Notes: generated by a model not told the origin, from the letters alone. Numbered from the stretch's first letter, positions 36,701 to 45,411 are shown. The stretch: 64,000 nucleotides of DNA from Candidatus Krumholzibacteriia bacterium (GCA_046484865.1 JAWOID010000061.1:33491-97490); one strand, 5' to 3'. Translations and numbers: made by a program.

Positions 36701-39700
36701 CGGGATGTCGTCGTCGTCACCGATCCGCCCTGGCATGCCGAGCCCGCCACGCGCCGCACCTTCGCCGCCACCGACCTCACGGCCCTCGTGATCGACAACG
36801 ACGCCGCCGGGCTGCGGCTGGAGATCCCGTTCGCCTCCGACTGGAACGGGCTGCAGCTGCACGTCCTGCTGGAGACCCGGTTCGACGCCGCCGGCGCACC
36901 GCGCGATCCCTTCGAGCAACCGGTGACCTACGAGCATGCGCACCGTCCCGATTTCGTGCTGACCTCGAAGTACTCGGCCGACGACTACGGCGACTTCCGG
37001 CGCTGGAACGCCACCGCCCAGGGCTGGGAGTGGTGGAACCTGCAGGACCGGATCTACCAGTCCAGCGGCCAGGACGGCCAGAACCTCCAGGGCGAGTGGG
37101 TGCAGAACGGCGCGGACGCGGTGCGCATCTTCGTGCCCTGGGCACCGCTCGGCGGCCGGCCCGACTCGCTGCGCGCCGAGGTCTACCTGACCCAGGACGA
37201 CGACGGCATCAAGCGCGCCGCCTTCGACTCGGCGCCGTCCGACTCGACCCTGAACCTGACCTTCGATCACGAGAACCCCGGACCGGACGACTGGGACGTG
37301 GCGCTGGGTCCCGTGCACCTGGAGGCGTGGAGCGAGGTATACCGGGTGAAGACCGCCTTCGCGACGCCGCCGCAGGTGGCGGCGCCGGCGGCCGAGCCGA
37401 CGCTGCTCGTTCCCGGCCAGCCATTCGTGCTCACCGCCGCGGTGACCGACGGGGGCGACGGCGTGGGCGAGGTGCTGGCGGATCTGAGCGCGCTGGGCGG
37501 CGATCCGCTGGCACGCATGTACGACGACGGCGACCCCGGGCACGGCGACCGGACCGCCGGCGACGGGACGTGGTCGCTGAGCACCCGGGTGCCGATGGGA
37601 GCTCCGGGCGGCGAGCGGACGCTCACGGTCAGCGCCTTCGACGCGGCCAACGGCGTGTCGGCGACCGCGGCGGTGATCGTGACCGTGGAGGCGACGGTGG
37701 AGCCGATCGTTCGCGCCACCGATCCGGTGGGCGACGACCACGGACCCAACCAGCCCGGCACCGCGAACAAGTACTACACCTATCCGACCAACAGCGCCTT
37801 CGTGCCCGGCGCCTTCGACCTGACCTCGCTGGACATCTACGAGACCGTGGGGCTGGTCGGGACCCAGATGGTCGAGCTGATCGCCTTCGAGGTGGGCATC
37901 GTCGACTTCCCGGATCCGGACGAACCTGGCACGGCCGACTGGAATCCGCTCTACGCCGACCTCAACATCCAGAAGATCGACATCCTGATCGACAGCGCGC
38001 CGGGCGGAGCCACCGCCACCCTGCCCAACCGCCAGTGCGCATTCCAGCCCTGGGACGCCTGGGAGTACGCGATCATCATGGACGGCTGGTACAAGGCCGT
38101 GGTGCCGGCCCTGGGCACGAACACGGTCGATGCGTGGCGCAGCAACGCGCTCCGCACCGACAATGCCATCCAGCTCGCGAGCGATCCCCATCGCAACGTG
38201 ATCACGGCCTTCGTCAGCAAGGCGGTGCTCGGCAACCCGACCGCGGAGCAGATCCGGTCCTGGGACATCGCCGTCTGCATGTCCAGCCACGATTTCGGCG
38301 GCGAGGAGGTGCTCGGCGGCACCCGCTGGGTGAACGAGTCCCGCAGCGAATGGAACTTCGGCGGCGGGCATTACGAGAATCGCGACCCCAACCTGATCGA
38401 CCTGCTGCTCGTTCCGGGCTCGGGACGCAGCCCCGGCCGGCCGCAGGAGCAGATCCTCGATTACGAGAGCCCGGCCGCGCTGCAGCGCCAGCAGGACGGC
38501 CTGACGCCCTGTGCGCTGGAGATCACCGCCTTCGAGGACACCGGCCCGCCCGTGATCACGGTCGACGACCAGGGACGGGCCCTGCCGCTGGTGGAGCCGC
38601 TGCGCGATGCGCCCGTCGTCATCGGCGTCCGCATCGCCGACGACGACCGGGTGGAGCGCGCCGTTTTCCGCTACCGCTCCACCGGCTTCACGGGTCAGGG
38701 CTGGGCGGTCGAGGTGCCGATGGGCTACGCCGGCAACGACCTCTGGAGCGTGGACATCCGGCCCACCTGGCTCGACTCGAACCTCGTCTACTCGCCCGTG
38801 GACAGCTCGCGCTACCTGGAGTTCGAGGTCACCGCGTGGGATCGGCTCGACAAGCAGTCCACCTCTCCGGTGACCACGCTGCAGGTGGCGCTGGCGGCCG
38901 ACTGCCGCGACAGCGTGGGCACCGTTCTGACGGAGGGCGCGACGAGCGTGCGCCAGGTGGACGGCTCGGTCCTGACCATCGACGATCCGCTGCGGCGCCA
39001 CCTGCTGCAAGCCCACCTGGACGCCGTGTGGCCCGGCGGCGAGATCACTCCCGACTCGGCCGGGGTCCAGCTGGCCTTCGGCATCTGCACGGTGGACCCG
39101 GACGTGCGTGACGCGCCCGCGGTGCCGGCCGGCCGCCCGCTGGGGATCTTCCGCGAGATCTACCTGGGCACAGTGGACGCCCTGGGCGGGGTGCGGATGC
39201 AGCAGGAGCGCCTGCCCCGACCGGCGGAACTGAAGCTGCACTACCCGCAGGAATGGCTGCCGGCCGGCGCGGACGAGAACCAGGTGGCGCTCTACGCCTA
39301 CAACGAGGCCTCGCATCGCTGGGTGGTCGTGGGCGGACACGTCAGTCCCGCCGGCAACGACGTCACCGCCAACGTCCTGCGCCCGGGCATCTACGGTCTC
39401 TTCCACTCCGCGGAGGTGGAGTACGATGCCGGCGAGGTGCTGTCCGGCGTCCTGCTCACTCCGAATCCGTTCTCGCCCAACGACGACGGGCTCTACGACG
39501 AGTGCACCATCTCGTTCTACCTGAGCCAGGAAGCGACCGTGACCGCCGAGATCTACAACATCGACGGCAAGCGCAAGCGCCTGCTGACGGAGAACTTCTC
39601 CTTCAGCGGCGACGAGCTGGACGACCGCCGTCCACGGCGCGTCCCCGGTCTGGTCTGGGACGGTCGCGACCACGCGGGCGACCTGGTCCCTTACGGCATC

Positions 39701-39787
39701 TACGTGGTGCGGCTGATCGCCACCTACAACCAGGCCGGCGGCACGCGCACCATCCGCAGCAACCATGCGCTGGCGGTGATCCGATGA
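33770..39787 (+). CDS. Giant (~2000 aa) secreted multidomain protein: DOMON/CBM9-like modules, carboxypeptidase-regulatory-like and Big_1-like Ig repeats, glucodextranase-type DOMON domain, type-B-like CTD
   Basis: Signal ending SAHA; LPAGRYEVTAGAEGY-type repeats; VTNADGVAVGTL; DPVGDDHGP...YTYPT..FVPGAFDL; C-terminal PNPFSPNDDG...WDGRDHAG..VPYGIYVVR. Start uncertain (33770 or 33872). Confidence 0.8.
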   Translation: MPLPTFVKRNTGDARPHGRGRARGHRGALSASGAMPPRALLGIAVVALLLLVGTSAHADPLHTPTIDGIIAGDGLDWSPADRVIDDQADDNTGITANLRRLWLTWDADNLYVGITYQDFGALEGLRVILDLDRGAGPADLSLLDMWPVPAFLPDGHGADLLIGRDDPEDFPGAPPTVRRVDDASGATTDITGACTVAQAYDTGAALATARFPFWMNAELAIPWSEIYPGGGSPPARAVLKAVAMVTRGGGSDVTDVAPNNDLAGDPPYHLALLHASILDADGDATIDRSDAAIAGEVVLPQDPGDVPLIVSATLVDWPGRDPGGALSRTVTAIGERSYALPRLPAGRYEVTAGAEGYLDATATVTVGPGEQATAPLLTLARATAIAGTVGFASGPGAATTIVLRDASGAELARRALSAAGGSYRVYVAESGTYILRVEAPTYLPQERSLAVIAGEDLAGVDFLLERQTEISGTVGFLSGPGRAGTIGLRTGTGDLVGSADFPFNGGPFTFFVAAGGEYELSAKAPTYLAADTSLVVTLGNPVTGLELLLPRAPLVSGTVVLEGPDAAGQVRITELATGLADTISVVASGAVFAFHRDLGDHRLQIAATGYVPWDSVLAIGSPADVPLGDIFLRAVRASRLALIDGEGEEIARVDATVSLPGQDVLAPVRLAARDGAGRDDLYDLDGRLNGYRVRATKLDDVSPPTGSVSFHASEDLGDTLRQLDFAGGRAVFWARDDQVEVLRLWVENDGEAPDLRLPVRFGDPQPATVVLTAERDTLVTDGADAVAITARLFDSADNPSRRAGIPVAFSLASSSSGTGSFELATVVTNADGVAVGTLTATGAGMLQIDATVVVDNRTLAVAAGSLHSGEALLPVTAVAGPTAAWRIMLPTNLGDLASPVAVTAQLVDAYGNPTRRAGEAITFSATPSALGACAPPTAVSDAGGRAATAFVPAGAAGVVRISGASAGLPVEGVSLQLRDVVVVTDPPWHAEPATRRTFAATDLTALVIDNDAAGLRLEIPFASDWNGLQLHVLLETRFDAAGAPRDPFEQPVTYEHAHRPDFVLTSKYSADDYGDFRRWNATAQGWEWWNLQDRIYQSSGQDGQNLQGEWVQNGADAVRIFVPWAPLGGRPDSLRAEVYLTQDDDGIKRAAFDSAPSDSTLNLTFDHENPGPDDWDVALGPVHLEAWSEVYRVKTAFATPPQVAAPAAEPTLLVPGQPFVLTAAVTDGGDGVGEVLADLSALGGDPLARMYDDGDPGHGDRTAGDGTWSLSTRVPMGAPGGERTLTVSAFDAANGVSATAAVIVTVEATVEPIVRATDPVGDDHGPNQPGTANKYYTYPTNSAFVPGAFDLTSLDIYETVGLVGTQMVELIAFEVGIVDFPDPDEPGTADWNPLYADLNIQKIDILIDSAPGGATATLPNRQCAFQPWDAWEYAIIMDGWYKAVVPALGTNTVDAWRSNALRTDNAIQLASDPHRNVITAFVSKAVLGNPTAEQIRSWDIAVCMSSHDFGGEEVLGGTRWVNESRSEWNFGGGHYENRDPNLIDLLLVPGSGRSPGRPQEQILDYESPAALQRQQDGLTPCALEITAFEDTGPPVITVDDQGRALPLVEPLRDAPVVIGVRIADDDRVERAVFRYRSTGFTGQGWAVEVPMGYAGNDLWSVDIRPTWLDSNLVYSPVDSSRYLEFEVTAWDRLDKQSTSPVTTLQVALAADCRDSVGTVLTEGATSVRQVDGSVLTIDDPLRRHLLQAHLDAVWPGGEITPDSAGVQLAFGICTVDPDVRDAPAVPAGRPLGIFREIYLGTVDALGGVRMQQERLPRPAELKLHYPQEWLPAGADENQVALYAYNEASHRWVVVGGHVSPAGNDVTANVLRPGIYGLFHSAEVEYDAGEVLSGVLLTPNPFSPNDDGLYDECTISFYLSQEATVTAEIYNIDGKRKRLLTENFSFSGDELDDRRPRRVPGLVWDGRDHAGDLVPYGIYVVRLIATYNQAGGTRTIRSNHALAVIR

Positions 39788-40668
39788 GCCGGCGGTCGCG
39801 GTGGACGGCGCTCCTGCTGGCTCTCGTGCTCCTGCTGGCGGCGGCGGCGCCGGCTCTCGCCGATTTCCGCCACGCGCGCATCGGCGCGCGGCCGAAGGCC
39901 CTCGGTTCGGCGTTCGTCTCGCTCGTCGACGATGCCAACGCCGCCTACTGGAACCCGGCGGGGCTCACGCGCAACGACCGCGTATCGTTCATGGCCACGC
40001 GCGCCTGGCTCTACTCCGTGCCGGAGATCTACGAGGACTACCTGTGCCTCGATCTGAACCGTCTGGGGCCGATCTCGGTGGGAGCGAGCTGGGTGCGTCT
40101 GGGCATCGACGGAATCTACTCCGAGAACACCGTCAACCTGGCGCTGGCCGCTCGTGTGCCTCGATTCGAGCGCCTTTCGGTGGGAGTGGCGGGCAAGCTG
40201 TTCTTCCTCGAGGCGCCCGGCTACGAGCGCTACAACGACCCGAACTACAACGGGGGCGACCACGACATCTCGTTCGACGTGGGACTGCACTACGACGGCG
40301 ACGGACCCTGGACGCTCGGCGCGGTGCTCTACAACGTCACGGAGCCCGAGCTGCAACTGCTGCAGAACACCTCGAAGCCCGACCCGGTCTACACGGAGTG
40401 GGCCGCCGGCGGCAGCTATCTCTTCCGGGACGCGTTGCTGCTGACGGTGGACCTGCGCAACCGCGAAGGCCGCTGGGCCGACACGGTGGCGCACGGCGGC
40501 GCGGAGATCTGGTTCTTCGAAGCCCTGGCGCTGCGCGGCGGCATCGACGAGGGCCTGCTGACGATCGGCGCCGGCCTCCAGGACGTGCACTGGGAGGTCG
40601 ACTTCTGCCTGGCGACCCACAAGGAGCTCGGTGACGTCTACATGATCTCGGTCACCGTGAGGAACTGA
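39784..40668 (+). CDS. PorV/PorQ/PorP-like (UPF0164-type) outer-membrane beta-barrel protein
   Basis: Signal peptide followed by IGARPKALGSAFVSLVDDANAAYWNPAGL, the hallmark N-terminus of FadL/PorV-like barrels; GAEIW...LALRGG. ATGA-coupled to the giant gene. Confidence 0.82.
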   Translation: MSRRSRWTALLLALVLLLAAAAPALADFRHARIGARPKALGSAFVSLVDDANAAYWNPAGLTRNDRVSFMATRAWLYSVPEIYEDYLCLDLNRLGPISVGASWVRLGIDGIYSENTVNLALAARVPRFERLSVGVAGKLFFLEAPGYERYNDPNYNGGDHDISFDVGLHYDGDGPWTLGAVLYNVTEPELQLLQNTSKPDPVYTEWAAGGSYLFRDALLLTVDLRNREGRWADTVAHGGAEIWFFEALALRGGIDEGLLTIGAGLQDVHWEVDFCLATHKELGDVYMISVTVRN

Positions 40669-40669
40669 C

Positions 40670-42295
40670 GTGCCGATCTGGCGTGCAGCGCTGCCCAGCC
40701 TCGTGTTCGTCGCCGGCCTGATGACGGCGGTCGCCGGCCTCGCCGTCGCCCCGGACGGCGCGCTGGCGGCCTCGACCGAGTTGCGGGGCTACTACGCGGC
40801 CGAGATCGCCATGGAGATGACCGACCGCAAGTGGCACTTCGGCCCGCCGGGCGACAACGCCATGCCGAGCCACTATGCCGAGCTGCAGTTCTGGGCCTGG
40901 CCGTCGGACCGCTACGAGACCTTCATCAAGATCCGCGCCCTTTCGAACCGCGATGACGACCGCACCCCGGCCGTCGATTTCTACACGCCGCCCTGGCTGG
41001 CCGCGGAAGGGCACCTGAAGCTGCGGGGCGAGTCCTGGGAAGGCTTCATCTTCAGCCGTGAGAGCCGCTTCTACATCAACGACGAGCCGCTGCTCGGCCT
41101 GATCAACGACGGCAAGCTGAAGAACGACGACTGGGGCCCGAAGGCGCAGGGCGTGCGCCTGGACACCTGGGACCGCAACCTGCTCGGCATCCGCAACCTG
41201 GGCGGGACGTTGATCTTCAGCGACAACGGCGGCACCTTCCCGTTCGACGGTCGTGACGTGGCGAACGGCGAGGACTCGTGGATCCTGCGGCTGCGGCACC
41301 GGGCCTTCGGCGGCCGCATCGAATCCGGCTTCATGTTCCTGCGCAAGGACTGGACCGACACTTCCCGCGAGGATTTCGGGTCGCTGCTGGGTCTGATGTA
41401 CAACAACGTCTACTCGCTGGACGTGGCCTTCACGCCGCGCGACATCTTCGCCACCGGCGCCCAGTTCGGACCGGTGAACCTGGAGCAGTCGCGAATCACC
41501 TCGCAGGTCGCCTTCAGCGAGCGGCCCTACCACGAGACCGTCTTCAGCGAACCGCGCAGCCACGCCCGCGCCCTGGCGGTGGAGCTGCGGGAGGTCCACG
41601 TCGAGCAGGTGACGCTGCACGCCTGGCACAACGACTTCGGCGAGGATTTCCGCAGCTACCTCTCCAGCCGCTTCGACGACGAGCGCCAGTACAACAAGGT
41701 ACAGAACCACGTGGAGGCGATCTGGCTGCTGCCGCGCAAGGCGGTCACGACGAAGCTCGTGTACGACTCCCAGCGCAAGCGCGTGGCGGACGAGCCGGGT
41801 GGTGGGCGGCGGCCGTCCGAGGAGTGGTACGGCGAGCTGTACATGGAGTTCGTGAACGGTTTCAAGGCGCGCTTCGCCCACCGGCAGTGGCATGGCTTCG
41901 ACGAGTCGGCCGAGATCTTCGACTTCTACACCTATCCCGACTGGTTCGCCGAGATCTCGGTGGAGAACTTCCTGGCCAAGGTCCGCCTGCAGGGCCGCAT
42001 CCGGGACGCGGGCACCTTCCGGCAGGTCCGGGCCCTGGGTTTCGACATGAACGTCAACCTGACCGACCGGGTGAAGGGCTACTTCCGGGCGATGAACGTG
42101 GACGAGCACACCGAGGCGCGCCACACGATCTTCGCCCAGCTGAAGTACGAACTGGGCGGGGGAGCCGAACTGTACTTCGAGTACGGCGATCCCGGACAGT
42201 CGGACAACCTGGTACGCACCGACTGGTTCGTGAACGAGGGCAACGGCGACAACCTGCGCGACCGGCTCAAGCTGCTGGTCAGGGCGTGGTTCTGA
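40670..42295 (+). CDS. Hypothetical outer-membrane beta-barrel protein
   Basis: GTG start directly after the upstream stop; signal peptide; aromatic-rich alternating strands; C-terminal strand RLKLLVRAWF ending in Phe. Confidence 0.72.
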   Translation: MPIWRAALPSLVFVAGLMTAVAGLAVAPDGALAASTELRGYYAAEIAMEMTDRKWHFGPPGDNAMPSHYAELQFWAWPSDRYETFIKIRALSNRDDDRTPAVDFYTPPWLAAEGHLKLRGESWEGFIFSRESRFYINDEPLLGLINDGKLKNDDWGPKAQGVRLDTWDRNLLGIRNLGGTLIFSDNGGTFPFDGRDVANGEDSWILRLRHRAFGGRIESGFMFLRKDWTDTSREDFGSLLGLMYNNVYSLDVAFTPRDIFATGAQFGPVNLEQSRITSQVAFSERPYHETVFSEPRSHARALAVELREVHVEQVTLHAWHNDFGEDFRSYLSSRFDDERQYNKVQNHVEAIWLLPRKAVTTKLVYDSQRKRVADEPGGGRRPSEEWYGELYMEFVNGFKARFAHRQWHGFDESAEIFDFYTYPDWFAEISVENFLAKVRLQGRIRDAGTFRQVRALGFDMNVNLTDRVKGYFRAMNVDEHTEARHTIFAQLKYELGGGAELYFEYGDPGQSDNLVRTDWFVNEGNGDNLRDRLKLLVRAWF

Positions 42296-42353
42296 GCACG
42301 GAGCGAGACCGGCGACCGCATGGCCGCCCGGATCGTCCACCTGGGAGCCGACC

Positions 42354-44882
42354 ATGGAGACGAGAGCAAGCGAGACGGTTCGACGACGTTCGCGGCGGCT
42401 GTTCGCGGCCCCGCCGCCGGCGGTGGTCGCCCTGGCGACGGTGGTCGCCCTGACGGCGGTCTGCGCGCTGACGGTCGCCTGCGCCGCCGCCGCGAAACCG
42501 CCGGTCGCGGTGGACGGCGGCATCGCGTTCAGCCACGACGCCCCGGCCGCGGGCGAGGTGTTCCTGGCCGGCGACTTCAACGGCTGGGACGCCGGCGCCA
42601 CCGCGCTCGACCGGGACGCCGACGGCACCTGGCGCACGGTGATCCCGCTGCCGCCGGGGACGTTCGAGTACAAGTTCGTGGTCGACGGGCAATGGTACGC
42701 CGATCCCGCCAATCCGCAGCGCCGGGCCGACCCCTTCGGCGGCGAGAACTCGGTCGTGGTCGTCGGCGACGACGGCGACGTGGTCACGAGCCCGACCGGC
42801 CGGCCGCCCACGCCCGGTTCACCCGACGACGGCGGCGACGACATCCAGGTCAGCAGGGCGCCGGTCGGCGCGACGGCGGGCGGCGGCCCCCGCACGGTGG
42901 AGGACGGCGTCCTCTTCACCCACCACGCACCCGGGGCGGCCCAGGTCCACCTGGCCGGCTCCTTCAACGAGTGGAGCGCGACCGCCCTGCCGCTGGTCAA
43001 CGACGGCCGCGGCAACTGGTCCGTGGTGCTGGACCTCGAGCCGGGCGCGCATACCTACAAATTCGTCGTCGACGGCAACTGGGTGACCGACCCGGACAAC
43101 CCGACCTCGGCGCCCGACGGTTACGGCGGAACGAACTCGCTGGTGCAGGTCGACGGGCAGGGAGCGGTCACCGAGGCGGTCGCCGGCGCTGCGCCCGCCA
43201 CGCGAAGCGGTCTGAAGGCGCTCGACTCGCAGGTGCAGGCCGCCGGCCGCTACCTGACGCGGTTCACGTTCGAGAAGAACATCCTCGACGATCCCCGCTG
43301 GCGCCTCCAGAGGCCCAAGCAGAGCGTGGATCTGAACTTCCTGGTGGACGTGAGCCCGATCGTCGCCACGTACATGCGCATGCGCTTCGACAACGACGAG
43401 AACATCATCCTGAACAACGTCGCGGGCTTCCTGGACGAGGCCCAGCTCGAGGTGCGGCCCGACGACTTCCATCTGCAGGCCTACTGGAACATGGAGATCT
43501 TCACGCTGGACGACCCGCTCAACCTGCTCGGCGACATCGATCATCCCGGCACCATCCTGGACGACCATTTCGACGCCGGCAAGGGGACCGCGGGCGTGGT
43601 GATCCGGGCGGCGCCGTTCGGACTCGACTTCACCGGCTACTTCGCCGACGTCTACGAGGCCGACATCTACAATGATCCCGACCTCTACGACAAGACCGGC
43701 AACGATCGGTTCGCCCTGCGCCTGAGCAAGCAGCTGGGGCCGCTGCGGATCGGTGTTCCCGCCGCCATCGAGCGGGGCCTGTGGTGGCTGAACTTCGAGG
43801 ATGTCGTCGGACAGTCCTCGACCGGGATGCCGGCTTTCGACGATTACCTCGCCCGGACCGGCGACTCGTCCACCTGGTTCGAGTACGAGGACCGGACCCT
43901 GCTCGCCGGCGTGGACCTCGGCCTGGTCTGGGGCGAGAGCGGCCGCAACCGGCTCGCCGTGGAGAAGCTGTTCGGCGAACGGCGGCAGCGGTTCGCCACG
44001 GGCAACGAGTCGGCGCAGAACAACACGAGCGGCGCCATCGACGTACCCGTACTCGAGCGCGATCTCGATCTCTGGTTCGCGCAGTTCCACGTCGACCTGC
44101 ACCCGCCCCTGCGCCTGCGGGCCGAGCACACCTGGAGCGACAGCGACGGCGCCGGTCCGGACGAGCGCGAACTCCAGATCGGCTTCTTGCCCCAGGCGGT
44201 GGCGAACAAGCAGCTCACCTTCGCGATCGCTCCCGCCACACCCGAGACCCGCCTCCACTACACGGACGTGACACTGGACTATGCGCGCGGCGAGAACCGC
44301 CTGGTCTTCTGGGTGGAGCACATCGACGAGCGTCGCGACTACGCTCCGGCGGGACGGACGGTGCCGCGCGACTCCACGCAAGCGGTGCAGGAACTGGAGA
44401 CGTGGATCGTCTCGGGCCTGGTGGGCGTGGGTGCGACCGGCGATCCGTTCGGCCATGCCGAGCTGGAGTACAAGCTGCGCTGGAGCGACCTGGGCGTGTT
44501 CACCGACCGGATCCGGACCGAGGAGCTGATCCTCCGCTGGGAGCGCGATCTGACGGCGAACGTGGCGGCGATCGCCGACGTGCGCTACCTGCACTACTGG
44601 GACTACCTCGACGAGGCCGACGGGAGCTTCGTCGAGACGCAACGCGACTTCTGGGCTCCCTTCGTCGGACTGCGCTATCGTCCCGAGCCGAATATCGAGG
44701 TGGTGGCCGCGTACGGCGTGGACCCGCTGAACTTCTCCATCGACTACGAGGGCCGCCACACGGGCCGCTGGTGGTTCCGGCAGCTCTACGCGTTCGATCA
44801 TCCGGAGGCCGGCGAGCTCGAGGCCGAGCAGGCGCTCGCCGACGCCCGCGTCATCACGCTGCGGGCACAGTACCGGTTCTGA
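42354..44882 (+). CDS. Two CBM48 (AMPK-beta-like glycogen-binding) domains fused to a putative outer-membrane beta-barrel
   Basis: Signal peptide; two modules V[FH]LAG[DS]FNxW...YKFVVDGxW.xDPxNP...GGxNS; a C-terminal ~550-aa beta-rich region ending VITLRAQYRF. Confidence 0.78.
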   Translation: METRASETVRRRSRRLFAAPPPAVVALATVVALTAVCALTVACAAAAKPPVAVDGGIAFSHDAPAAGEVFLAGDFNGWDAGATALDRDADGTWRTVIPLPPGTFEYKFVVDGQWYADPANPQRRADPFGGENSVVVVGDDGDVVTSPTGRPPTPGSPDDGGDDIQVSRAPVGATAGGGPRTVEDGVLFTHHAPGAAQVHLAGSFNEWSATALPLVNDGRGNWSVVLDLEPGAHTYKFVVDGNWVTDPDNPTSAPDGYGGTNSLVQVDGQGAVTEAVAGAAPATRSGLKALDSQVQAAGRYLTRFTFEKNILDDPRWRLQRPKQSVDLNFLVDVSPIVATYMRMRFDNDENIILNNVAGFLDEAQLEVRPDDFHLQAYWNMEIFTLDDPLNLLGDIDHPGTILDDHFDAGKGTAGVVIRAAPFGLDFTGYFADVYEADIYNDPDLYDKTGNDRFALRLSKQLGPLRIGVPAAIERGLWWLNFEDVVGQSSTGMPAFDDYLARTGDSSTWFEYEDRTLLAGVDLGLVWGESGRNRLAVEKLFGERRQRFATGNESAQNNTSGAIDVPVLERDLDLWFAQFHVDLHPPLRLRAEHTWSDSDGAGPDERELQIGFLPQAVANKQLTFAIAPATPETRLHYTDVTLDYARGENRLVFWVEHIDERRDYAPAGRTVPRDSTQAVQELETWIVSGLVGVGATGDPFGHAELEYKLRWSDLGVFTDRIRTEELILRWERDLTANVAAIADVRYLHYWDYLDEADGSFVETQRDFWAPFVGLRYRPEPNIEVVAAYGVDPLNFSIDYEGRHTGRWWFRQLYAFDHPEAGELEAEQALADARVITLRAQYRF

Positions 44883-44884
44883 CC

Positions 44885-44927
44885 CGTCGGCCCGTCCCGG
44901 GGGCGAGCGCCCCGGGACGGGCCGACG
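44885..44927 (+). terminator. Perfect 18-bp stem-loop inside the operon
   Basis: cgtcggcccgtcccgggg-gcgagcg-ccccgggacgggccgacg directly after the 44882 stop. No U-tract follows. Confidence 0.6.
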
Positions 44928-44958
44928 CGCCCGGCCGCGCAAAGCGAGGATCCTGACG

Positions 44959-45411
44959 ATGAGGACGCCATCCCACCCGAGCCGGCCGCTGAGCCGCGTC
45001 GCCGGACTGCTGAGCCGTGCCGCCTGGCTCGGCGTCCTCCTGATCACCGGCTGCAGCTACATGAACGTCCTGCGCGACCGCTTGCCCACCCCGCACCGGG
45101 TGGACGACTTCGAGAACGCGGTCCTCTTCCAGTACGAGGCGCCCCAGGCGAAGCACGTGAACGTCTGCGGCAACTGGGAGGAGAACACCTGGTGCGGAAC
45201 GGAGGGCACCGGGCGCTTCGACCACGCGATCGGCGCCATGCACGACGACGACGGCGACGGTGTCTGGGAGATCGTCATCCCGCTGAAGCCCGGCCGGTAC
45301 CAGTACAAGTACTCCATCGACTGGGGTCTGCGCTGGGAGCACGACCCCAACAACCCCCTCACCGACAGCGACGGCTTCGGCGGCTCGAATTCGATCCTGA
45401 TCCTGCGCTGA
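44959..45411 (+). CDS. Small lipoprotein consisting of one CBM48-like glycogen-binding domain
   Basis: Lipobox LLITGC; DDDGDGVWEIVIPLKPGRYQYKY..WEHDPNNP..DGFGGSNS. Confidence 0.85.
   Translation: MRTPSHPSRPLSRVAGLLSRAAWLGVLLITGCSYMNVLRDRLPTPHRVDDFENAVLFQYEAPQAKHVNVCGNWEENTWCGTEGTGRFDHAIGAMHDDDGDGVWEIVIPLKPGRYQYKYSIDWGLRWEHDPNNPLTDSDGFGGSNSILILR

Noticed and set aside
39784..44882. Interpretation of the barrels as SusC/TonB-dependent receptors
   Set aside because: They are too short, show no recognisable plug domain or TonB box, and have no adjacent SusD-like lipoprotein.
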